DNA from: Acidobacteriota bacterium
Lineage (GTDB): Bacteria; Acidobacteriota; Thermoanaerobaculia; Thermoanaerobaculales; Sulfomarinibacteraceae
Reading direction: 5' to 3'
DNA: 64,000 nt
Assembly: GCA_013152925.1 (NCBI GenBank)
Contig: JAADFK010000092.1
Location: 167-64,166 of the forward strand
Shown here: positions 57,701-64,000 of the stretch, piece after piece
Numbering within the stretch: the first letter of the stretch is position 1
How the letters are laid out: every line of letters begins with the position of its first letter
The notes under the pieces: generated by a model
Told to the model about the DNA's origin: nothing
Databases searched by the model: none
The model's input: the letters and a program-made list of their open reading frames with translations, nothing else
Position numbers and translations under genes: made by a program

Positions 57701-58337
57701 CCATGCCCCAGATGGACCGGCCCCCGACGGCAGCACGATCGACCACCAGGATGCCCCCGATGAGCTTTCCCTCCGCCAACACCGGTTCGCGCAACACCAA
57801 CGCCGCCGAACGGACCCACCACTCGATCCGCCATCGACGCTCCCCGAGCAGCTGCACGCCGGGCGGAACCTGCCGCTGCTCGCCAGCCCAGGCGACCACG
57901 CGGCCCCGATCGTCCACCAGGTAGACCGTTCGGCCCGCCACCCCGTCAACCGCTTCGCCCAGCGCGTGGAAGAGCGAGCTGGGCTCCAGGACCTCGCCGG
58001 CCGCGGCGAAGGCCTGGCGAACCCTGGGATGCTCCGCAGCCAGGCGGGCGCCGTCCAGCATGGACCGGCACCGCTGCTCAAGGGCCTGGGACATGGAGCC
58101 GAGGTCGAGAGTCCGGGCACCGGGGAGCGGCCGCAGGAACACGAGCCCCAGGGCCACCACGCCCACGGCCGCCCACCCCAGCTTTCGCGGGCGGGCCACC
58201 AGGACGACCAGCAGCAGGACCAGCCCCGGCACCACCGGAGAGGGCGACCACCCCGGCCACGGACCGGCGACGGCAAGAACCGCCGCGGCCCCCCACCACA
58301 CCAGTGACTCGCCGGCCGGGTTGCGGAATGCCACCAT
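54732..58337 (-). CDS. Large multi-TM sensor histidine kinase (HAMP-PAS-HisKA-HATPase, NtrY-like C-terminus)
   Basis: H-box IVAHEVKNPLTPI, N-box NLVQNSLN, G-boxes DTGGG and GSGLGL. About 800 aa of TM and extracytoplasmic sensor region. The start is either the ATG at 58337 or the TTG at 58382. Confidence 0.85.
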   Translation of the reverse strand: MVAFRNPAGESLVWWGAAAVLAVAGPWPGWSPSPVVPGLVLLLVVLVARPRKLGWAAVGVVALGLVFLRPLPGARTLDLGSMSQALEQRCRSMLDGARLAAEHPRVRQAFAAAGEVLEPSSLFHALGEAVDGVAGRTVYLVDDRGRVVAWAGEQRQVPPGVQLLGERRWRIEWWVRSAALVLREPVLAEGKLIGGILVVDRAAVGGRSIWGMGQLGFRLRIAANARPGWQRVDLPQYPGVSLALTGDRVGWRPPRPVRYVPWWLLAVVALWQWPAAAVAVAAVGYASVLAAGQPVWAAAPFLLVGAGGAGSFLREARPWLRNLGVALALALFPAMASLPARFSPSSWLPETALVPGWAVVGIVALGCVIWSAGEGSLGGGLEGRLLVGFVVAVAALAAQLVSVPPLLIRSERRQSSSTPSGLPLALNEVLPAPLAGCHMDDLAPALAERWRAAEWSLPTSIRVERGDGVVVSRWGDLAPAGSSVAELASWNLGELPSGRNLVARLIVASGPWHWLADWKPYEPVGVSGRSQVWFASLGRGGRVAASLHHSIAGISTRSAGRIWHAGSGWAWVEAGDRKLPARVTRHGDWLVAAVYNAPPASVWILRFLLAILWGVAGTVMAARPQLGRGLTRTFGGRLRRLVAGSVILPLLLLTVVLHVRLRAEVVRIGRIIAVDMLDAARWTAQHLEGGYGVGDDLASWLAAEVGAEVTIFDGATIVGVSRPDLLAEWRLPGLPNRRGFVNLLLGRDDPAVDSSRERVVASGAVSIDGRPYLLELFVRDPGRARGQPGVLDWLLTGALLAALGALVVTMRVERRLGDSLASVVELADRVQKGAVIGEVPVPQETDLAQVVESVRRMSLEVQERERRLRRQEELLRITLSTLTQAVIVLEEAGEVRFVNPAGAALLEEHGGLAVEVAAGEEADAPGDGPTVKTVQPFPGRDVTWRVGTAKVPLPGGRIGRVVVVDDISEVVRADRLQQLTEMARIVAHEVKNPLTPIRLWVQELDENARRPVGDLAALVREACGEISEQVEKLRETASSFSNLVALESWEPELVDAAELVTHLPVPSVLERRGITLERRVPPEGTCRVVGDRDWILRALSNLVQNSLNVLQGRRGTIVIEVTCTAQTVSLEVRDTGGGVEEELLPDLFRPHFSTTGAGSGLGLALVRQVVERCHGSVQASNTGEGLAVRLEFPRASATMKP

Positions 58338-58415
58338 GTTCCGAGTATACGGCGCTCCGGCCTCCCGGCGTCCCGGACCCAAGACTTGTATACTGGATCA
58401 ATCGAGGAGGCGACC

Positions 58416-59171
58416 ATGCGACGTCGTTCGATGTTCTTCGTTTCAGCGAGTCTCTTGCTGGGCATTCTTCCACTCGCCGCCGGGTCGACCGCCGCTGCCC
58501 AGGTCTCCGCTTCGGGGGCCGCCAAGGCTGCGCTCCTCGATCAACGGGGCCTCAAGCAGCTCCGGCACGGAGACCTCGATGCAGCGGAGCACTCCTTCCG
58601 GAAGGCACTGGAGCTTGGGCCGGACGACCCTGACGCCTACCATGGGCTTGGGAGGGTTGCCATGCGGCGGCACGATTACCGGGAGGCCCTCTCGTACCTC
58701 CTCCGCGCCCGCGAGCTCTACGCCCGGCGCGCCGCCCAGGCCGGCGCCACCCGCCTGGAGGCAGCGGCCGAGCTGGACCGCCACCGCCGATCGGCCTCCG
58801 ACCAGGCGGCGTCCTTCGCCGACGCCGGTTGCCTGACGGAGCGGGGCGTCGACCTCTGGATGTCCAGCCCTCAATCCGGCGGCGAGACGGACGGGCCCGG
58901 TGGCGTCGACCTCCGCGGTACCCCACCCGGGCTGTCCTTCCGCATCGGCACGTGCCAGCTCCACCTCGGGCATTTCGAGGCCGCCCGGACGGAACTGGAA
59001 CGGGAGCTGCTCATTGCCCCCGGCAATGCAGCGGCTCACCTCAATCTTGCCGTCGTTCTCCTCCGCCTGGACCAGCCCGCCCAGGCTCTCGAGGAGCTCG
59101 ATACCGCCGTTCGCCTCGGTGCGAAGGAACCCAAGGGTCTTCGATCCGACATAGTCGCCGCCAGACGCTGA
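58416..59171 (+). CDS. Secreted TPR-repeat protein
   Basis: ATG at 58416 lies 5 nt after GAGGAGG. Signal peptide MRRRSMFFVSASLLLGILPLAAG. TPR-like helices (AEHSFRKALELGPDDPDAYHGLGRV). Confidence 0.7.
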   Translation: MRRRSMFFVSASLLLGILPLAAGSTAAAQVSASGAAKAALLDQRGLKQLRHGDLDAAEHSFRKALELGPDDPDAYHGLGRVAMRRHDYREALSYLLRARELYARRAAQAGATRLEAAAELDRHRRSASDQAASFADAGCLTERGVDLWMSSPQSGGETDGPGGVDLRGTPPGLSFRIGTCQLHLGHFEAARTELERELLIAPGNAAAHLNLAVVLLRLDQPAQALEELDTAVRLGAKEPKGLRSDIVAARR

Positions 59172-59409
59172 CCGATCGTGCCATGGCCGCAGGGGCAGGC
59201 CTCAGGATCTGCAGGAGCCGATCATCCCGCCCGAGCGGACCCTCAGCGAGCCCAAAGCCTGAAGCGCTTCGAGCGTGAGCGCACGCTTCGAAACCTGAGC
59301 CTCCGTCTCGGCACGGCCCGGCGAGACCGTCGCCAGGCGCTCCTTGCACGGCTCAGAACGCCGATTCCGGTGTATCCTCCTCCGGGCGACTGCCCCGTGC
59401 GGGAGGATC

Positions 59410-61374
59410 ATGTCCGAGACCTTCGATTACGCCGGGGCCGGTTTCAAGGCCGGCCTCGAGGTGCACCAGCAGCTCCTGACCGAACACAAGCTCTTCTGCC
59501 GTTGCCCGGCGGGCCGCTACACCCGCGAGCATGATGGAACCGTTCTTCGGCACATGCGGCCCACGCTCTCCGAGCTCGGCGAGTACGACGGTACGGCGTT
59601 GATGGAGTTCAAGACCAGGAAGAACATCATCTACCTTCTCAACCGGATCAACACCTGCACCTACGAGATGGACGATACGCCGCCGTTTCTCGTCAACGAG
59701 CGGGCCGTGGACATCGCCATCGAGCAGAGCCTGATGCTGGGCTGCGACATCGTGGACGAGGTCCACATCGCCCGGAAACAGTACCTGGACGGCTCCATCC
59801 CCACGGGGTTCCAGCGGACCGCCGTCGTCGGTGTCAACGGCTCGATCCCATTCCGAGGCCGCCGGCTGAGCATCACCCAGGTGACCCTCGAAGAGGACAG
59901 TTGCCGTGAGGTCTCCGACCGCGGCCACCTGATCGTCTGGCGAACGGACCGGCTCGGCACACCGCTGATCGAGACCGTCACGGGGCCCGAGCTCCGGAAC
60001 CCCGAGGAAGTGGAACAGGCCATCCTCCTGATCGGCAAGCTGTGCCGGTCCACGGGCCACGTGCGCACCGGGATCGGCGCCAGCCGCCAGGATGTCAACG
60101 TCTCCGTCCGCGGGGGCCGCCGCGTGGAGATCAAGGGGGTTCCCAAGGCCTCCTGGGCGCGGCGCCTGGTCCACGGCGAGGCTGTCCGCCAGGTCAACCT
60201 CCTCCGTCTGCGGGACGAGCTGCATCGCCGGGGATTCACGGAGCCGGCGGACCTGGGGATCGAGCACCGTGACGTTACGGAGCTGTTCCGCCGTTCGGTC
60301 CTCCCGGCCCTCCGCCGCGAGGCCTGGGAGCGCTGGGTGGAGGCCGGGGCCCGGCGGCCGGGCTTCGAGCTCGGCGAAGGACCGTTCACCGTTCGGGCTG
60401 TCCGGCTTCGGAGCCTCGCGGGTCTCCTCGGGCATCCCACCCAGCCCGGCCGCGACTTCTCCCACGAGCTGGCCGGCCGGATTCGCGTCATCGCCACGCT
60501 GGACCAGCTGCCCATCCTCCTTCACGACGGGGCCTGGCCCGGCGTCCCCGGCGCCGCCGCCGAGCTGGACGGCCTTCGGCGGGAGCTGGGCTGCGCGGCC
60601 GATGACGCCGTGCTCGTGGTCTGGGGTCCCGAGCGGGACACGGTGACGGCCGCCGAGGAGATCCGCCTTCGCCTGGAGGACGCCCTGGACGGCGTGCCAA
60701 GTGAGACGCGGCAGCCATTCGCCGACGGCGGCACGGACTTCGAGCGAATCCTGCCGGGGCCGGACCGTATGTACCCCGACACCGACAGCCCGCCCCAGCC
60801 GCTCGAGGCTCCCCGCGTCCGGGCGCTCCGCGGCGCCCTGCCTCCGCCTCCCTGGGAGCGGGAAACCGCCTGGGGCACCCTCGGCGTGCCGGCTGCCGAC
60901 ATCGACGAGCTGATCCGCCACGGCGGGGCTCTCCTGGTGGACCGCGTCGTGGAGGAGGCCGGCGCCGATCCCCGCCTCGCCTGTTTCTTCTTCGCCGAGC
61001 GTCTCAAGGGCCTCCGGCGCGAAGGGCTCCCGGTCGATGGGATTGCCCCCACCGTCTGGGTCGAGCTGTTCCGGCTCTTCGCCAACATGCTGGTGTCCCG
61101 TGAAGCCTGGCGTCTCCTGGTCACCGCCCTCGCCATGAATCCGGGGCGCGCGCTGCCGGAGATCGTCCGGGAGCTCCGCATCGGGGAGCCGCCGGCTGGA
61201 TGGCAGGAGGGGCTCGTCGAGCTCGCCCGGACCGCCCGACCGGACCATCCCGACGGCACCAGCGCCCAGCTCCGGCGCTACCTGATGGGACGGGCCATGG
61301 AGACGCTGCGCGGCCGCGTTCCCGCCCGGACGGTGGCCGAGGTGATCGTACGGGAGATGGAGGCCGCACCGTGA
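59410..61374 (+). CDS. gatE: Archaeal-type Glu-tRNA(Gln) amidotransferase subunit E
   Basis: N-terminal GLEVHQQLLTEHKLFCRCP and LRHMRPTLSELGEYDGTAL match the GatE pattern (HQQL, not the GatB HVQL). An AspRS-like insertion and a C-terminal YqeY-like tail are present. GGGAGGA RBS. Confidence 0.8.
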   Translation: MSETFDYAGAGFKAGLEVHQQLLTEHKLFCRCPAGRYTREHDGTVLRHMRPTLSELGEYDGTALMEFKTRKNIIYLLNRINTCTYEMDDTPPFLVNERAVDIAIEQSLMLGCDIVDEVHIARKQYLDGSIPTGFQRTAVVGVNGSIPFRGRRLSITQVTLEEDSCREVSDRGHLIVWRTDRLGTPLIETVTGPELRNPEEVEQAILLIGKLCRSTGHVRTGIGASRQDVNVSVRGGRRVEIKGVPKASWARRLVHGEAVRQVNLLRLRDELHRRGFTEPADLGIEHRDVTELFRRSVLPALRREAWERWVEAGARRPGFELGEGPFTVRAVRLRSLAGLLGHPTQPGRDFSHELAGRIRVIATLDQLPILLHDGAWPGVPGAAAELDGLRRELGCAADDAVLVVWGPERDTVTAAEEIRLRLEDALDGVPSETRQPFADGGTDFERILPGPDRMYPDTDSPPQPLEAPRVRALRGALPPPPWERETAWGTLGVPAADIDELIRHGGALLVDRVVEEAGADPRLACFFFAERLKGLRREGLPVDGIAPTVWVELFRLFANMLVSREAWRLLVTALAMNPGRALPEIVRELRIGEPPAGWQEGLVELARTARPDHPDGTSAQLRRYLMGRAMETLRGRVPARTVAEVIVREMEAAP

Positions 61375-62765
61375 GCCAGAACCAGGATCCGCTCAAGGGG
61401 TACTGCGGGCCCGCACGGGCCTGCCTGGAGTCGTACGGCGTCCGCGTCTGGAGCGACGTCCGGCTCGTGAACGCGGCCGGCTCGGTCTTCGAGGGTGTCA
61501 TCCTCCCCCGCTCCGAGACCTTCGACGACCGTCACATCAGCCTCAAGCTGCACAACGGCTACAACGTCGGCGTCCACGTGGAGCGGGTGGCCTCCATTGA
61601 GGGGCTCGGCTACAAGGAGGCCGTCTACAGGATCCCCGAGCAGGAGTTCCCCTCCCGGCCCGATCTGCCCAGCGTCAGCCTGCTCGGCACGGGCGGCACC
61701 ATCGCCTCCCGGCTGGACTACCGCACCGGGGCCGTCATCCCTGCCTTCACGCCAGGCGAGCTCTACGGCGCCGTCCCCGAGCTGGCGGACATCTGCAACC
61801 TGACGACCCGCAAGATCTTCGGCGTCTTCTCCGAGAACATGGGCTGGGAGGAGCACACGGCCCTGGCGGAGGCCGTGGGCGCCGAGATCGAGGCCGGCGC
61901 CGACGGCATCGTCATCGGCCACGGAACCGATACCATGGGCCACACGGCGGCCGTCCTGAGCTTCATGGTGCAGGACTCGCCGGTTCCCATTGTCCTCGTG
62001 GGCAGCCAGCGAAGCTCCGACCGGCCCTCCTCCGACGCCGCGCTCAACCTGATCCACGCCGTGCGCGCCGCCGGCCACGGGAACATCGCCGAGGTGCAGA
62101 TCTGCATGTTCGGGCCCACCTCGGACCGCTACGCCCTGCTCCACCGTGGGACCCGCTGCCGCAAGATGCACAGCTCGTACCGCTCCACCTTCCGCACCGT
62201 GGGCGACATTCCGCTCTGTCTGGTGAACACGGAGTCCTTCACCGTCATCAACGAGGACCACGTGCCCCGGGACCCCGGCCGGAAGGTCCGCATCGACACG
62301 CGGTACGACGATCGCGTCACCATCCTCTACTACTATCCCGGCATGAAACCCGACGTGCTGGACGCCCTGGTGGACGCCGGCTACCGTGGCGTCGTCATCG
62401 CCGGCACGGGTCTGGGGCACGTCAACAAGCCCCTCTACCCTGCCATCGAGCGGGCCGTCTCCCGCGGCGTCCACGTGATGATGACCGTCCAGACCCTCTG
62501 GGGCTTCGTGCAGATGTACGTCTACGAGACCGGCCGCGAGCTCCTCCAGCTCGGCGTCGTTCCCCTGGACAACATGCTCCCCGAGACCGCCCTGATGAAG
62601 CTGGGATGGGTCCTGGGCCACACGGAGGACCGCCAGGAGGTGGCCCGGATGATGCAGACCCCCATCGCCCACGAGATCACCGTCCGCGAGCCCCACAACG
62701 GCTACCTGATCCTCCAGGGCGGCCTCCCCGAGGTGGACGAGTTCGTGGCGGCCCATTGGAAGTAG
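61371..62765 (+). CDS. gatD: Archaeal-type Glu-tRNA(Gln) amidotransferase subunit D (asparaginase-like)
   Basis: GTGA overlap with the gatE stop. About 90-aa N-terminal domain, then an asparaginase fold (LLGTGGTIASRLDYRTGAV, HGTDTMGHTAAVLSFM). Confidence 0.8.
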   Translation: MSQNQDPLKGYCGPARACLESYGVRVWSDVRLVNAAGSVFEGVILPRSETFDDRHISLKLHNGYNVGVHVERVASIEGLGYKEAVYRIPEQEFPSRPDLPSVSLLGTGGTIASRLDYRTGAVIPAFTPGELYGAVPELADICNLTTRKIFGVFSENMGWEEHTALAEAVGAEIEAGADGIVIGHGTDTMGHTAAVLSFMVQDSPVPIVLVGSQRSSDRPSSDAALNLIHAVRAAGHGNIAEVQICMFGPTSDRYALLHRGTRCRKMHSSYRSTFRTVGDIPLCLVNTESFTVINEDHVPRDPGRKVRIDTRYDDRVTILYYYPGMKPDVLDALVDAGYRGVVIAGTGLGHVNKPLYPAIERAVSRGVHVMMTVQTLWGFVQMYVYETGRELLQLGVVPLDNMLPETALMKLGWVLGHTEDRQEVARMMQTPIAHEITVREPHNGYLILQGGLPEVDEFVAAHWK

Positions 62766-62964
62766 AAGCTATTCCACCGTGCGGCGCGAGGAAGTCGTCG
62801 CACCGCGCGTGCGCGGCTCGCCTCGGCGATGGCGCGGATCAAGGCTGGGGCGGACAGCGGCGAGCCCGTCCCCATCCGTTTGACGAGAACCGGCGCCGGT
62901 GCTACCCTCCCGGCCGCGATGGACGGCTTCCTGCGTCCACCGACTTTCTTGGAGTCCCCAAACC

Positions 62965-63159
62965 ATGAACTTGATAGAATCCGTCAAGAAGCTGTTCGTT
63001 CTCCAGGGTCCGCCCGCCGGCGTCCGCCTGGGACGCAACGACATCTGCTGGTGCGGCAGCGGCAAGAAGTACAAGAACTGCCACCTGGCCTCGGACGAGC
63101 GCAAGCGGGCCGCCCAGCGCGCCTCGGCCGTGGGTGGTGGCGGCGGTGGGATGTTCTGA
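62965..63159 (+). CDS. Small SEC-C-motif protein
   Basis: 64 aa with the metal-binding SEC-C motif [13 protein letters not shown]. Confidence 0.55.
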   Translation: MNLIESVKKLFVLQGPPAGVRLGRNDICWCGSGKKYKNCHLASDERKRAAQRASAVGGGGGGMF

Positions 63160-63348
63160 GCCCGACCGTTCGCCAGTTCTCCGGACAGGGTGTCGGGTCG
63201 AGGGATTGTCGTGTTTCCCTCCCCGCGCGAAGGGTGGCGGACCCCCCTTGGCTCCGGCGCCCGTATCCCACTGCGCGTTCGCCATTTCAGTCCGACGAAC
63301 GACGTACCGCAGCTCATCGAAAATCCGCTGAAGCGGCAGGTTCGGCCG

Positions 63349-63528
63349 CTATTCCGCATCGAGGTTCTTCAGGATCTTCCTTGCCAGCGGTTCCTTGATT
63401 TCGTTGTGCCGGGGTACCGCCTCGATTGCACCGGTCCTCGGGTTGATCCACAGCGAGTGCGATCTTCCCTCTCGCTTCAGGTAGCAACCAGCGATCCTTA
63501 GCTTCCGTTCCAGCTCCCGCCGTTTCAA
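63349..63528 (-). CDS. hicA: HicA-family toxin (mRNA interferase)
   Basis: LKRRELERKLRIAGCYLKREGRSHSLWINP...VPRHNEI matches the HicA/YcfA pattern. A TTG start overlaps the hicB stop (TTGA). Confidence 0.7.
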   Translation of the reverse strand: MKRRELERKLRIAGCYLKREGRSHSLWINPRTGAIEAVPRHNEIKEPLARKILKNLDAE

Positions 63529-63743
63529 GCGATCAGCACCGTGTCCTGGATCGCGTCCTCGGGCAATCCACGAAGGATATCCTCCCTGCGGTCCGCAAGA
63601 ATAAGCTCGATCGCCTGGCGGAGGTTGTCTTTCGCTTCGGCGATCGTCTCGCCCTGTCCGTTGGCACCGGGCACTTCCGGACAAATGGCCCAGTAACCAC
63701 CCTCGGGCGCCGGTTCGATGATCGCCGTGAACTCTCCTTTCAT
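63525..63743 (-). CDS. hicB: HicB-family antitoxin (UPF0150 fold)
   Basis: FTAIIEPAPEGGYWAICPEVPGANGQGETIAEAKDNLRQAIELIL matches the HicB N-terminal domain pattern. Confidence 0.8.
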   Translation of the reverse strand: MKGEFTAIIEPAPEGGYWAICPEVPGANGQGETIAEAKDNLRQAIELILADRREDILRGLPEDAIQDTVLIA

Positions 63744-64000
63744 CGTCTATCCTTTCGCCTGACCACCGGACAACTGGCTCCCCGGCTGAAGAGCCAACTC
63801 ATCTTGCAGAGGGTTGTTCTTCGTCACCGTTCCACTGGCCTCCAACTTCCATGGTACCACGATGTTGTGATTCCGGAGCGTGTCAGAGAACCGAACCTCC
63901 CGGTTCCACAGGAGGTCCCGGCCTCATGCGTTCATCCTTGACCATCGTCGAGTCCGGTGATCGATGGTACGCATGCTTGGCGTCACGCGAAAGCCATACT

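Noticed and set aside
51910-58307. Very long plus-strand ORFs (51910-54639, 909 aa; 54816-58307, 1163 aa) antisense to phnD, the lipoprotein and the kinase
   Set aside because: Same reasoning: low-complexity Arg/Pro/Gly-rich translations antisense to genes with strong motifs (H-box, Walker motifs).
62769-63359. 196-aa minus-strand ORF overlapping the SEC-C peptide gene
   Set aside because: The translation is Arg/Pro/Gly-rich with no motifs. The plus-strand 64-aa frame carries a clean SEC-C metal-binding motif.
63925-64000. ATG preceded by GGAGG (MRSSLTIVESGDRWYACL...) running off the window end
   Set aside because: Only 25 codons are visible, which is too short to call. The start vaguely resembles a HicB-like antitoxin.

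Overview
This is a high-GC (roughly 68-70% by eye) bacterial chromosomal segment, read from the sequence and ORF track only; no database searches were run. It is tightly packed, with strong GGAGG-type ribosome-binding sites. I call about 50 protein-coding genes and 2 tRNAs. I found no rRNA, CRISPR array, transposase or integrase. Several markers indicate a diderm bacterium: a TolC-type outer-membrane factor, an OmpA-family protein, HflK/HflC, an ECF sigma factor, and an SSB with the acidic DDVPF tail.

Gene blocks in order:
- 1. A PDZ-TPR-CHAT lipoprotein converging on an ECF sigma / zinc anti-sigma pair.
- 2. An HD protein, then HIT and an MscS-family channel, then tRNA-Leu(CAA) with a duplicated 3' end.
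- 3. An alpha-glucan/glycogen cluster: NDP-sugar pyrophosphorylase fused to phosphohexomutase, GH57, GalT-like, GH57 branching enzyme, GlgA.
- 4. A PAS-GGDEF-EAL protein, a BNR/sortilin-like secreted protein, a C69 dipeptidase, a VWA-TSP3-OmpA lipoprotein, HflKC, SSB and tRNA-Arg(CCT).
- 5. A PilZ protein, a REC-REC-PPDK_N (ATP-grasp) protein and an FHA protein.
- 6. A DUF77 protein, a Na+/H+ antiporter, an OMF-MFP-RND efflux operon and a phosphoesterase.
- 7. An ars island: two ArsR, ArsC, Acr3, a thioredoxin-like protein and a permease.
- 8. A PhnDCE-like ABC transporter downstream of a very large sensor kinase and an unknown lipoprotein.
- 9. A TPR protein, archaeal-type GatE-GatD, a SEC-C peptide and HicBA.

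Most interesting candidates:
- An archaeal-type GatE/GatD amidotransferase operon in a bacterial context.
- A predicted periplasmic CHAT protease paired with an ECF sigma / anti-sigma module.
- An uncharacterised receiver-gated PPDK_N enzyme flanked by PilZ and FHA genes.
- Two related bipartite purine-arm / pyrimidine-arm intergenic elements inside efflux operons.
- A Fis-type HTH leader in frame with the GH57 branching enzyme.

All functional calls rest on motifs I recognise by eye.
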